Of a DNA stretch of 64,000 nucleotides, positions 24,150 through 37,898 are shown piece after piece. Positions within the stretch are counted from its first letter, which is position 1; each line of letters begins with the position of its first letter. The position numbers were made by a program, and so were the translations under genes. The stretch is taken from contig NW_024704743.1 of assembly GCF_018977255.1 (NCBI RefSeq), forward strand, positions 73,906,001 to 73,970,000. The letters are read 5' to 3'. Origin of the DNA: Callorhinchus milii. Taxonomy: Eukaryota. The notes under the pieces are model-generated. The model was not told the DNA's origin, searched no databases, and saw only the letters and a list, made by a program, of their open reading frames with translations.

Positions 24150-27100
24150 GTGGGCACTACTTTACTTTGCGTTATTAGTAGCTGCTGTTAAAGTAATTCA
24201 CTCAGGCCTTTAGAGTAGGACCTGGGATAGTCATGCAGAGAATACACAGCTCCTCAAGTGAATAGATCCGCAGCATCTTGAAAAATGGTTATTTCCGTGA
24301 TAAATATCAGAAATGACAACTGGTACAAAGCCAGGAGATTAATGCGCTATTTAAAACACTAAAGTATACATTTTCCTTGAAATGTTGAGAAGAATTGATT
24401 CTCCATCTGTATCAGCGGGAGAGCACACTGCAGCGACTGTGCTGGCGTGGGACCTTGCACTTCCAGGGTCACTTGTACAGTGAATACAGAAGATTCATAC
24501 TTGCGACAGCTTTAACAGGACATAAATCAGCTTCAATTGATTGGACACTCTTTGTAGCACATTTGGCACACTTATCATATAACATAGTACAAGGTGGTAA
24601 TAAAATATTGGAAGAGAATTGAGTGGTGTAAAGGATTTGAAAGGTTGTTCCACAATCGCCCATTACAAAAGACTAAAGATCCAGTTGGCTTTTTGCCCAA
24701 TTTAAATCCTGTTATTATTGCTGTCTGCACTGTGCTTTTTTCTTTAATTGATATAGTCATAACATATATTGGGTGATTTCCTGAATCACTTGTGTATAGA
24801 AAGAAACTAACCGACTGAGGAGCATGTGTATTTGGTTAATCCCTATCAAATATTAATGTTTCGTGGGATGAAATATAACTGTGGCTGAGAAACAAAACAT
24901 GAAAGCTGAGATATTTGGCTGAGCAGAGCCATGGAACTGGAATGAATGAAACACGTTTTGTGAGAAACAAATGTGTAAGAAGCCATAGTGTACCAACGGC
25001 AAGTATGTGAAATTAATGCGGTCTCTATGGCGGATTTCTAAATGCATCACAAAATCCCATTAGAAAGCTCACTAACCCATAGGAACTCTGCTGCCGAAAT
25101 AGATTGTGCTGGATCAGAGATCACACTGTTTATTATACAGAGATCACCGCTGTTAAAGTTGGTATGTGCACGATTGTTGGGTGACACAGAATCTTGTTGT
25201 GTTGTTTGCTGTAGTCAAAATTGTCTGAGTTCCCATTCATCATTGTTATCCAGTTCCACCTCCTAGAGGTGTGCAGGAACATTGGATGGAGGCAGGAACA
25301 GGCTGCGTTATCTACATTTCTTCCTCTATCTCATGTATTATATCCGTCAGCCTGGATACATTGAGTCTGTAATGGGGAGATCATTATCAGCCTGCTATCA
25401 GCAGCTAATTATGCCACATTGCATAATATTACTGGCTAAAATAGCGCTAACATTAGAATTCAGTGTAGGGGAGATTGCATTCTTATGAATCCACTGTTCT
25501 ATATCTCCTCACAGTCTCAGAATCTCTCTGGTCGCACTTGCCTTAAGGTGGTGTAAAAAATAATCAACTTGATCCCACTCCTCCAACAACCCAACTCCAA
25601 GCCGGCACTCGGAGGCCCTAGAGACCAGAATGGGCCCTGAAGCCCTTTACATCTGCAGGTCCCATGCAATCTGTTCTGATTTTAATAACCCCTTAATTTC
25701 CTCCAGAAATATTCTGCAAAGTTTGCTCCTGCCCATTTAGTGGTAAATTAAGTAAAAGCTGTCTAACAACACACACTGTGTTATTCGGAATTACCTGTTT
25801 TTGGTTTGAACTGCCATTTCTCTGAACTATTATGTTGCTCAAAGCCATCACTACGAATCAAAATTCTGCACAAACACCTGAACTTTTAAGCTTCTAAGTG
25901 CTCAGCATGGGTTTGCAGCGCATTAAAGCCACATGATCCATTCAAGAGCCTTGAGCTTCAGCATGTGGATCTCTTACAGACAGGGAACTACATCTCAACA
26001 CATGACTTTTACAACAATGGACATAAAACACAAATCCTCAGATCAATCACATTGTTAGAAACCTCATTTACACATTTTCTATAAGAAATTCCCACTCTGA
26101 AGGGCCCTCCACTAACAAGAGGTATCTCCAGTCTGTTTTGTCACAAATGCAGCTTTCAAGGTTATCTCATCTGGTTCTCCTCAATGTTGTCTTATTAAAA
26201 CTGGACCTGTGCACTCGACTGCAGCAGCTGAACAAAGGAAACAGGACACGTGGCTGCCGAGGTTTCTGCTATGCTGCCGAGTGCCTGTTTACAATAATCC
26301 TTGCATTTAATATGGCGCCTTAAAGATAGTTGCTGTCAAGTGGAGGGACAGCAGCCGGTTTCCACCTAGCAAAGTCCTGCAAATGCTTATATCATATAGG
26401 GTGTGTGTCAACAACAAAAATAAATTACATTTGTATAGCGCTTTTCACATAAGGAGGACGTCCCAAGGCGCTGGAGGATGTCCCAAGGTGCTGAGTCAAA
26501 ACAGTTTCCTTCAGGATACCCAATGGAAGTTTTTTTTCAGTCCATTTGAAAACTTCAGGGCTAAGCTCCAAGATGGATTTGTGGTAAGAAGGGGAAATGG
26601 CTACAAGGAAGTTGCGTTCCAAACCTCCAAGTCTGTCAGTCAGCACCCTAGACGTGGAATTGGCTTTACAGTGGAAATGTCTCTTTTCCAAGGACCCTCA
26701 CAGGAGGACCTGGATGAAGTAGTTGGTGACAAACCTGGTATCCAGTTTTGAACTTGGACCCCTAGAACATCAACGGTATTCACTCTGTGCTTTATTTTAA
26801 CTCCATCTCTGCTAACGCTTGCACGTTGAGGTAGGGAGGGTAGGCAGGGGGTGAGGGGGAGTTCTCCCAGCAATACAATAAAAAAATTACATTTATAGAT
26901 GCCTTTCACAGCAGGAGGAGGTCCCAAGGCACTGGCATTTTCCCAAGCAGTAGCCAGAAAACTTTCTTTGCAAAATTCAGATAATGTGCTCGACTTGAGT
27001 GTGAAAGTTATTGAGATCTTGAAGCAGGTTTCGAGTCATTTTGTGCCATCCTTTACACAAAGCGTAATACAACTGCACTAATTCAACAGGTGCCACTCTA

Positions 27101-27249
27101 TATCTGTACACACCTGAGAAAGACTTATACCTACTTGCGGGCAGAGTTTGTTCACATATGTTGGTGTGATGCACATCTGGTTACTATCATGTAGTCACCC
27201 TGAGTCAGATATTTTTATCCTTTACACCAAGTGCTCAGATACGTTACCC

Positions 27250-27720
27250 CACTACTCCATCCCCCAAAGGATCGAGTTCAAGATCCTCATTCTCACCTTT
27301 AAGGCTATCCATGGCCTCACCCCCTCCTACCTCTCTGACCTGCTGACGCCCTTCCAACCTACCCGCTCCCTCCGTTCATCAGGCTCTGGCCTGCTCCATG
27401 TTTCCCACCCGACCTGCCCTACCATCGGTGGCCGGGCTTTCAGCCTCTCCGCCCCCACACTCTGGAACTCCATCCCACGGTCCCGTCACCTTGCTTCCTC
27501 CCTTGCCTTCTTCAAGGCTGGTCTCAAGCCCCTTCTCTTCGACCGTACCTTTGGTCGCCCTCCCACCTCTCTGCCTTCCCTCACCCCTACCCCACCCCTC
27601 CCCCATGCTCGGGCCCCAGCAGCTGACTGTTCAACGCTTTGGGACATCCTCCCGACGTGAAAGGTGCTCTATACATGTAATTTTGCTATTATATAAATGC
27701 AACTTATTGTTGTTGTTGTA
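27250..27720 (+). mobile_element. L2 LINE 3' end
   Basis: IPQRIEFKILILTFKAIHGLTPSYL...GGRAFS..APTLWNSIP; C-rich UTR; tail cgctttgggacatcctcccgacgtgaaagg...(TTG)n. Confidence 0.92.
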
Positions 27721-27799
27721 TCACACCCCATCTCTGATCTTCTCGTATCTCACGTCTCTGCTCGCTCCCTCCACCCCCCACCCCCCAATAATACTTTGA

Positions 27800-28130
27800 T
27801 CCTGTAATCTAGGCTTGCAGTGGTGGGGGAGCACTGCATTGTTGAAAGTGTCATCCTTCAGATGAGACATTAACCCAGTTTCCATCTGCCTGTTCAGGTT
27901 CAAAATTCTATGACATTATTTGAAGGCAGGAGGAAGTTTCATCTGGTGTCCTGGTCAACAATGCTAAAACATTTGTTGATCATTTTATGGCTGTTTGTTG
28001 GACATTCCTGTGTGCAAATTGGCTGCTGTGCTTGCCTACAATTGCACAATTGCTATTTTACAAAAATTCCCTATGTTTTACAGACATTTTGAAATTATAG
28101 GCTCTGTATCAATGCAAGGATTATTATTTA
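27800..28130 (+). mobile_element. Deu-domain SINE, family B
   Basis: ggagcactgcattgttgaaagtgtcatccttcagatgagacattaac...gcaaggattattatt. Confidence 0.75.
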
Positions 28131-29770
28131 TATAACAAGTTTGCTACCTTATCCATTTTTGGTGCCGTACTGCAAATGTATCTGCTTGTTTTACAATCTT
28201 ACTGAAAATAAAGAATAAAACAGTCTAGTCTCTTCAGAGTGTTCAGTCACCACTGAGGAATCTGAACATTTGCTGTCAATTTGAACCATTTCAGCTACAC
28301 TGGTCAGGAAATACTGGGTTTGTTTGGGGCATTTGATCACTACCTGCCATATTACGTATGGCTGTCTAACCCTTTCAGCAGTGAAAGATGAATTCTGCTT
28401 TTAAAATAGCCTTTTTTTCATTAAGCAAAATCTTCCAGGCTGGATATTTTATAAAGTATAATTTGAGAAATGTCACTGTGTCTTGGGGGCTGGCCAGCCT
28501 AACAAGAGTTAAATATATGTAAGAGCTAAAATTAGTCTTTAGGAATCTAGCCTGCAGAGTAAGATCTTTGACGTAGGACTGCTTTTCATTCACTAGAATG
28601 AAGTCATTCTGAAAATGTTTTTCACACCCATTGGTGTATAAGGCAGTTTGCGCATAGTTTGAACTGAAAGCAAATGGTAGCAGGAAGGGGAAGATATCTG
28701 AGAAACATTATGACTGAACTAACCTGTGGAATGACTAGACACGTAGAGCAAACCACCAGCGCACATGTTGTGGTTGGATCAAATAGCTATAAACCTTTTC
28801 AGAAAGGAATCAGACAAGTTGCTAGAAATTAAAAGATTTCAGGGCTATAGTAAAATGACATGCGTCTGCACACCAGCTATACACATGGCTGTTTATTCAC
28901 ATCAGCCTCTGATGTAGAAGTAATTTGTGATATATTGTCAAAAACACATCCAGTTGTATGTGTGCTCGCAAGATTAGTAGGGATCCAATTTAGCTACACT
29001 GTGCAGGGACATCAGTGAACATAGTAACCTTGTCTGGCCAAAAAATATTCAAAAAAAGTTGGTCTTCAGGTGAGATTTGAAGGTAGAAAGGGAAGGAGCG
29101 TGTGGAGGAATTTCAGGAGAGAGTTCCAGAGGAAGAGGAAAATAATAATAATAATCCTTGCATTTGATATAGTGCCTTATGTCTTCAAGACGTCTCAAAG
29201 TGCTTCACAGAATATACTGTAAAGTGAATTGACTGTATATTTTGTGGGCCTGTATGCTCGCTCGTTCACTGATGGTGTGGCGAAACTGGGGACTTCATTA
29301 CATTTACTTTTCTCCATGTGAATGGGAATAGCTTGACAGATGAGTGAGTTGCTGGTAATGTGTGAACATTAAATTGGTCCTGGCATAAATGTAAATCACC
29401 GCAAGAAAAATGCAAGTTTCCTATTCGCTCGTATGATCTAATTCTCATAATCTTGTGAGAAAAGTTCTTTTTTTAAGTCACAACCTTATGATCTTTTTGC
29501 AATAATAAAGTCCCCCAAAGGGTTTTATAGAGTTCCATGATGTAACATTTTAATTTTATTAAAGAATATGATGGATGGCATGCTGTGTGCAGTCATCCTG
29601 CTGGATGGGGTTAATCTGTGTGACCGTTTCAATGCACTGATTCAATTTACAGCAACAATATGCAGTTAGATTCAAAGACAGTGTCTGTGAAGGAGGTTAT
29701 GTTTCAGGATTTCACGGTATCCGATCATCAGACAGGTTATACTTACAGTGGATCATTTTTCTGCCCTCAG

Positions 29771-29896
29771 ACTATTGACCTTCCAGCTGCCGGGGAACAT
29801 ATCAGCTTGCGAGACCCTTCCACTATATCGCATCTCATCACACGGAGGGAAGTGAGGCTCCCGCAACCTTTAAAGCGTGATCCTACAAAAATACTG
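29771..29896 (+). CDS. ITGA8: ITGA8 exon with the heavy/light-chain cleavage loop: TIDLPAAGEHISLRDPSTISHLITRREVRLPQPLKRDPTKIL
   Basis: ccctcag|ACT...CTG|gtacgg; 126 bp, phase 0/0; HLITRR dibasic site; ends in KIL before the NC exon. Confidence 0.88.
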
Positions 29897-30239
29897 GTAC
29901 GGAGAGAACCATGTTGGTGAACTCATTTCATATAATTCATATTGTAGAGTGGAAATTTGTTCTCCTTTAGCTTAGTGTGCAAATCAATAATACAACCCAG
30001 TAACATCCAGCTGACCAAAAATAAATTGGGATTTTTCTCACCGAAACATCACAATTTTCATCTCGACAAGAGTAAGTTGTGAGAATGCGTAGCAGATGAT
30101 CACCACGTGAACGAGAAGGAAAAGCTAATATTTTTGGTGTGTGAGCCTTCATCTGAGTATAGTAGTTTGTATTATCGGAGGGAATGGTCTAATTTGAGAT
30201 CTTCACAAGCCAGATTTACGTTCATTGCCACTTACGATT

Positions 30240-30600
30240 TTGCTAAAATTGGGCCTTGCAAATCCCAAGCTGGTAAGGGTTACAGAGGACGTTTACCTGA
30301 TTAATCTGGGGATGTAGAGGGACAGTTATGAGGAGATTGGAGAAGCTAGGTCTGTTTTGATTGGAGCAGGGACGATTGACAGGGACCTGATAGTGGTGTA
30401 CAAAAGTATGAAAGGTTTTGACAGGTAAATAATGGGGGAAGTTATTTTCATTGAAGGGGACTCAGTAACCCGGGGACATGGTAATGAGAGACTTACAAGA
30501 ACAACGAAAGGAGAATTTAGTAGGGTTTGTTTCACCCACAGAGTAGTTGGCAGTGGATCACCCTATTGTGTAGGGTGGTGGTGGAGTCCATTGTAGTTTT
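30240..30600 (+). mobile_element. Old CR1 3' fragment
   Basis: Degenerate SYEERLEKLGLFxLEQ...GDLI-type coding sequence. Confidence 0.65.
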
Positions 30601-31659
30601 CAACATTTTTTTTTGGCAGCCGGGAGTCTTTTGAGTGCCTAATTTCCTTTGCATCCCAAGGAATATGTCCAAGAAACTTATATCCTTAAAGATCTGTAAC
30701 ATATTAATATTACAGATTGTCTGTTATAACCAAATCCATACTCAATGGCTCTTTATATAACTTTAATTAACTTCAAATCTTTGAGGCAAAGCAAAAGACT
30801 TAAAAAGTGTTATGAGTGAGAACTGAAGTTGGAGACTTGATATCGGTATTGTGTAATATGCATTATTATTGATGACTTAATGGTATATAATACAGATTGA
30901 AATATGCCATGTGATACGTTCATTATCACATACCAATAATTCACCTATCCCATACTCTCAACTTCCTATAAACACAAGCACTTTGCTGTCAGGTCTTAGC
31001 TGTTGGAATATTTAATGAATGAATGCCATTTACACACTGATATAACCAACATTAATTTTTTATAGTGCAGGCACTAAAGATTGTCCTTCAGTACTATGGA
31101 GTATGTATAAGCCGATTGGAAGACTACAGAGGATTGCAAAAAATAAATTCTGGTTGAGTGTGAAAAGTGATCCCTTAATATAGAGTATTGATCCACAGTA
31201 AGAATAGGATAAAAAGCTGTTGTTTTTGCATCACAAAGCAGATGAAATCCAGCCCAGAATGTTTATGAACTACTTGACTGGTATAATATTAGAAATGTAT
31301 GTAGTGTGTCACTAAGCTTATCTTATTTATTTAGAATTATGTGGCTGAACAAAAATGTTTGTCTTTAGAAGCGCCAATACATTCCTGCCATGAATTACCA
31401 CATTAGCCAAGCAGCATAATATGTGCTTGAAATGGGGGCAGGAGGGGGTCACCACAAAAATGTTCAAAATTCTTTAATTTCATAATATAAATGGAAAACA
31501 CATTTGATGAGGGTCACATGTTACTGCTTCTCTATTTTAGGTTGTTTATTGATGATTACATTTGGGGAAAAAAATTAAAAACAATACTGCATGCATATTT
31601 GAATCGTGAATCATTTGAATGCATAACTTTTAGCTTGAGATATACTGATGCCAGTTATA

Positions 31660-31972
31660 GTGGAGTCCTGTAGCTCAGTGGTTAGAGCACTCACCTCGCA
31701 AGCAAGAGACCTGGGTTCAATTCCCAGCAGGGCAAAACCTTGGGTAAGTTTACTTACTCCACATGCCTGATTATAATCCCTCAAGAAGAAAAAAATAATA
31801 AATTGGTTACTTCAATCCATGACTGTTTGTGGGACACTGCTGTGCGCAATTGGCTGCCGCTTTTCGTCCACAAATATACAGTCAAATCTACAGCAAATCC
31901 TGTGAAGTGCTTTAAGACTTTTCAATGACCTGAAAAGGCACTATATCAAATCTAGGATTATATTGTTATTAT
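31660..31972 (+). mobile_element. tRNA-derived SINE, family A
   Basis: TAGCTCAGTGG and GGTTCAATTCC boxes; shared tail. Confidence 0.9.
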
Positions 31973-32154
31973 ATAACTCTGCTCCACTTCAACCTGATTC
32001 TGGAGTATAGTTCCCACAGATCAACGGGAATTGTAATAGGATTCTTTACTTGGGAAACCCATGATCTCATTAAGAAATATAGCAAATTGGACCCCAAATT
32101 GTATTTATGGAGCTTCTTTTTTCCACTAACTCTTTAATTGTACTTTTCTTTCAG

Positions 32155-32268
32155 AATTGTAGCAACATTGAGTGTACAAAAATCTATTGCCGTGTTGGCC
32201 AACTGGAAAAAAGGCAGAGTGCAGTTCTAAAAGTACGGTCTCGATTGTGGATCCAGACCTTCCTGAAG
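32155..32268 (+). CDS. ITGA8: ITGA8 exon: NCSNIECTKIYCRVGQLEKRQSAVLKVRSRLWIQTFLK
   Basis: tttcag|AAT...AAG|gtaaca; 114 bp; SAVLKVRSRLW motif. Confidence 0.96.
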
Positions 32269-32834
32269 GTAACAAATAATCTATATTACTCAGTAAGCAA
32301 TTGTATAAACTTGTTTTAAAGTAAAAGTATTCTTGGTGTGAAAATCTCCAAAGGAATATTCAAGAGGTACATGACCCTTAATAGGACAGAAAAATTAAAT
32401 CCAAGATAGCAGGGCAGGAAGCTAAAGTTTCAGGGTGGCTGAGGGTAGGACACTGGACTCATTTACTAAACAGTTTCATACTGTAATGTGATTATACAGT
32501 GCTGGCATTCTGGACGGGTAAAAAAATGTATTGAATAGCTTTCTTCATTGCAACCTCTCTTGTGAGTTTGTGGTCTTCAGGCAAATTACATTAATATCAA
32601 AAGCACTTGAGTGTACAGAAGGTTAATTGAGCCGATACTAACATAATGCTGTCTTTTATCAATAAACATGATCCTCATTTCCAATACCAGAACCAACAGT
32701 TTCTTGAAGAAGAATAGCTTTTGAATCAATATATGTTAAGGGAATGGTCATGAATTTCATAATGGAGTGACTAAGGACATTTTAAACAAAATATTGTGAA
32801 TATTAGTCCTACTTACTTTTGCGGACTTAGAGCC

Positions 32835-33320
32835 CAACAACAAAATTACATTTGTACAGTGCCTTTCATGTCGGGAGGATGTCCCAAGGCGCTGGACAGT
32901 CAGTGTTTCGGACCCGAGCTGGGGGTCGGGATTGGGGCGGGTGGAGGGCAGGGGCGGAAGCAGGTGATTGTAAGCATGGTCGAAGAGGAGGGCCGTGAGA
33001 TGGGTCTTGAAGGAAGCAAGGGAGGGGCTGAGGTGGAGGGACTGCGGGATGGAGTTCCAGAAGGTGGAGGCAGAGTGGCAGAAGGCCCACCTGCCAATGG
33101 TGGGGTGAGTGAGGCTGGAGACGTGAAGCAGGCCCGCTGACGTAGAGAGCAGACAGGATGGTAGGGGGTAGGAGGGAGCAAGGCCATGGAGGGCTTTGAA
33201 GGTGAGGACCAGGACCTTGAACTATATCCTCTGTGCGATGGGAAGCCAGTGGAGTCGGGTGAGAATGGGGTTGATAGGGTCACGGAGCCTGGTGTGGGAG
33301 AGGACATGGCCAGCTTTCTG
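32835..33320 (-). mobile_element. L2 LINE 3' end
   Basis: Reverse complement of the same ORF2 end, UTR and tail as 27250-27720. Confidence 0.9.
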
Positions 33321-34199
33321 TACACATATGTAGTGAATATGGAAGTGCTGTCTGGTGATAATGTCCTGTTGTATCATTGATTGGGATTTTATTGACCCAA
33401 CTAGTATGTTGTAACAAGGTTCTACTGTATGTTTCCTTACTGTAGAGCTCTATTTTCTTTCTACCAGGATTAAAGGTACTTTGTTATAGGTTTGCAGCAG
33501 TAATAGTTACTGCCATACTTAACATTTTATTTTGGATCCACTGAGTTTTAAGGTGCCAACAATGATCAATGTAACCATCCAGATGTCAGTCACAATATGT
33601 TACAGTGCTTACAGTATTTGTTTAATGAGCAGAAATTGTAATCTTGGGCCGAACAAATATATTCTGGATAGTTACTGCCCTACTGATAACATCCCATTTT
33701 GGATCTGCTGATAAAAACATTAGCTTCAAATTACAGGAGAGGTGGCAATAAATAAGAAAACTAAGAGAAGTTACAGGGCATTCAAATATTATCTGACAGG
33801 GAGAAAAATTCCATTTGCGTCTAGATTTACTCTATCTTTTAGCATTTCAGAGTGTCCAGAATTTGGTAAATTCTTAAATGCAGTTTTCAATTTGAAGCAT
33901 GTTTTCTGCAAGTTCTATTGATAAATACACTAGCTTCAAAGTTAAGACTGGAATTCAACAGTGTGCCAAATTCATCATGCTGTGACACACTAAGAAAATA
34001 AAGTAAATCTAGATCCGGGTGGAATCGTTCACCCAATGTCTCTGGCCTCCGGCAAAACTGTTGTCACTCCCATTTTGAGAAAGGCAGTGCCTCATTACTT
34101 TTGTCTGTTGAATAATAATGCAATGCTTGATGTTTGGTTTAGTCATAAATAAATAATATTAAATTACTTCCGTTGGAACAATGAAGATTGGCTTGATAA

Positions 34200-34800
34200 G
34201 AGGTAATCTTCTTGTCATGAACTCTGTAGCAGACACAAGTGGCTGCTCTGTTCTTCGGCAAGAAGTCATGCCCATCCAGCATTGCCTAATTTCACTGATC
34301 ACCGAAACGCATTCAACAAACACCATTCCACACATCTGACCACCACTTGGTCTCTGTACAAATAGACTTTCATTGTTGTCTTGAAGTTACATTATCTTGA
34401 TAGGATCACCTATTGTAATGTTTGGCTTTATGATAGAGCAAATTGGAACAGTCTCAGGAAGTTGATACTTAAACTGGCGTCAGCTTTCATCTGGACTTAG
34501 ACAAAGTACATCGTATCTCATGTCGACTCCCTTCCAAACAACTATGTATTTTCATTGGTTCACAACCTTAGTTTAATAAAATGTGTATCGCAACACTTGG
34601 CAGAACACAGAAATTGCATTGGGAGGTGAGGAATGTAATAGGAAAACATGGTGAAAACGATACAGTTCCATGAGAACTGCCAATATCAAAAATCCCTTTC
34701 TGGAGCTCACCACAGATGAGGTCCCAGATGACCTACAATTAGTTCATTCTCAGACAGGCTAGGACTGATGGTGAAAGGTTGTTAAGTCTACTTCCTACAT
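34200..34800 (+). mobile_element. Ancient non-LTR retrotransposon ORF2 relic (endonuclease end and linker)
   Basis: TSDHHLVS (34332 onward), NVWLYDRANWNSLR (34417 onward), later a xWF motif, in LINE order; many stops and frameshifts. Confidence 0.6.
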
Positions 34801-37796
34801 TGGATCCCACCACTGAGAAGTAGAGGATCACTGCTTACAAGGGTGAACACAGCAGAGTTACCGAGCACCAAAGACGTTGAAAAGTCATTTAAACTTGATT
34901 CCATTGAAATATAGCAGCACAGTCTGGCACAAAATATAAGACCATCTTCAAAAGCTAGATTAGTTTAAAGTTACTGAACCTGAGGCCAGACGTACTTTAT
35001 GGTATTTAACCTTAAAGCCATTGTCATGCAATTTACGAATGTATGCTATTTTGGAAAATTCACAAATCCAGCCTTCAATTTGAAGATTAATTTGGAAGTT
35101 CATAAAAGGTGCCAACAATGATCAATGTAACCATCCAGATGTCAGTCACAATATGTTACAATATAAAAAAATTCCAAATTAAGGTTTGAAAATTCTGCGC
35201 AATCTTTAATTTTAAAACATTGTTCTTAAAGCTAAAACCATGAGCGAATTCAGGCCTCTGACTGGAATCACACATAACTCTCTGAGGCAATATTTGCTTC
35301 CCTATTAACCACTGATATCAAATATAAAAAATAGGAAACACTGATCTTATCCATATCAGATCAAAGTGAGACTCTTAAAACTATCAATCTGCAAACCCAT
35401 AAGCAATCACTTCAACCAGAAACAAGCTAGTTGGAAGGTGACTAAATTCTCAAGGAAGCTCAGCCCCACATGTAGCCATTGGCAATGTTCTACAATACCA
35501 ATAGCCACCTAGAGGTTTAAATTGTACGTGAACTATAGAAATGTTCTGCAAAGGAGGTCATTTGGCCCATTGTATTTGTGCCATTGCTCCAAATCATGAT
35601 ATTCGGCTTGAACCCACAACCTTCTGAATCAGATTTCAATATTGTTATCAACTGAGCCAATAACAAAAAGGGCTGTTTTTAGAAATTGGCATAAAATAAT
35701 AGTAATAACAATCCTTGCATTTTGTACAGTGCCTTTTACATCAGTGGGAAGTCTCATAGCACTTCACAGGTTATACTGTAAACTGCAGTGACTGTGTATT
35801 TGAAGGTAAATGTAGCAACCCATTTGCACATAGCAATGTCCCATGAAGTGAATAACCAATTTTATTTGGATGAATGTTGGCCAGAACATTATAGGTCTTA
35901 GATTTTAAAGAAACCATGGAAAATAACCACACCTACAACTCACAGATTCTGTCAACAGCAGCTGTGATTACAAGTGTTAGTTTATTTCACTGACAAATGT
36001 CACAGATCTCAATGTTTTTTACAGCATCCTCAGGAGTCCGGAAATGGGTGTTACCAAATTTCCTGACATAAATTATTTCCAGAGAGAGGCCTGTTATCAC
36101 GTGTCATTGGCTCCTGAAGCCTTTATTTGGATTTCCTGTGGGAATACTGAGCTTCATAAAAGCGGGATGGGAGGAGAAAAGCAAGATCCTTTTAATGCAA
36201 GCTAAGAGCTGTCTAAGTCCACATTTCTCATGCTCTAGGCAGCCTCCTCTAAACATCGTATATCAAGGTTATTGTTCCTATTTTAACAACAAATGCTTCA
36301 ACCTAATGAATCCTGTCCTTGTCAGGAACTTCAAGCACAGCATGTGGCACGTCAACAGTTAAATATTTTAACAGCACTCTTTGAAATGTTTTTATAGTTC
36401 AGCTGAAGCCTTCCAAATTTCAACTGTGCTTCCTTCCTCTTTTGCAGCTATTAGCAATTACTAATATTTTAGTCTGTGCTCCAATCATTTTCCAACTTGC
36501 ATAAAGGTTATCCACAACAAAGCACTCCACATGTACAGATTTTCTCAGTGTATTGCAATAAACTTATGAACAAGAATATGCTGTGATAGGGACAGCAAAG
36601 CCATTATAAATCTTATTTATGGAGCATTCTTTATTAAAAAAGGGCTAACTTTGCGATGTTTCTAAACGTATTTCTTAATGAAGAAATGCAGAGGTCCATG
36701 AGAACACCACTTCAACTCAATCCATTTTTAGAACAGGACGCTCTTGACACAGGGTGAGATATGTAAAGTACTTACCGGAACTTTATCGGATTTCTTAATT
36801 AAGAAATCAGTTAAGATATGATGTCGCAAAATTTATCCTAATGTTTGCTCATTTTTTTGTGTGGTGGGGGACTGAGAATTGGAAGAGGATGGCATTATTT
36901 TCAATTATACCACAATTATGGAGAGAGTGCAGTAAGCTTCAGGCACATTGTCTTTGGTGATGTCAGCTCTTTGTATTTTCATACAATATATCCCAGTAAT
37001 GAAACCAGATTGATTTGTGATATTTGCAATCCGGATTTGACTTGCCAGTTGTGGTTTCTACTTTGCAAATATCAAATCATTGTTTGTTCACTGCCTTTTC
37101 ATTTTAGGACATCACTAGCCTTCACAGTTAACAATTCACCCACTGCACATCTGAAACCTTGATCACCTCTAACTGGATGTCACAATTAGCAAAGTGAATA
37201 AGTTTGCAAATATCACAAATTGGACTCCTATTCCTAAAACAACTTAAGTGGTATGGTATCAAATCTAAAGAAATATTCACACAGATAAAGTGTTATGTAT
37301 GACAACAACAACTTGCATTTATATAGTATCTTTCAGGGAGGTAGGATCTCAAATCGCTGATATATTGTTTAATTGAAAATTACTCTACGTCAAATCACAA
37401 TTTAAAATTGTGTTCATCCATATAAATGTGAACCCTGTCACCAAACAGAATAAGATTGTTTTGTTCTGTTTGATGACATGGTTCACATTTATGTGGATGG
37501 GCATGATCATTTAAATTACAGGATCTTAATTCTTTTGTGTCGTTCTCTACACTACTTTAACCTTTTCTGTCTTTTCCAAAGTCACCTTCAATTGTCTGAA
37601 CAACTTTTTCCATCTGTTCCCATTTCACAATTTATTGGACACAAATGTTTGAAAAGGGGATAGAACTCTGTTAAGCGCTCCTGAAATTGGTATTTACTGG
37701 AGCTAAAAATAAACAAAAGACTAAACCTTAAATGTTTTACTTAATTCCATTACACTTTACCACGTGGTTCATTTTTCTATGTGTTTGTCTTGACAG

Positions 37797-37898
37797 AGAA
37801 GGAATGACCATTACTCTTTGCACTCATTGGTCTCGTTTGCAGTGAAAGAAATGCCATACAATATCCAGCAAGAAGAATTATCCAGTGCACATACTGCA
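37797..37898 (+). CDS. ITGA8: ITGA8 exon: RRNDHYSLHSLVSFAVKEMPYNIQQEELSSAHTA
   Basis: tgacag|AGA...GCA|gtaagt; 102 bp; SLVSFxVKxMPY motif. Confidence 0.93.

Noticed and set aside
31660..31735. tRNA-like sequences here and at 5086, 12850-12928, 54775-54852 and 61168
   Set aside because: They continue into SINE bodies and lack a proper acceptor stem; they are SINE heads, not tRNA genes.
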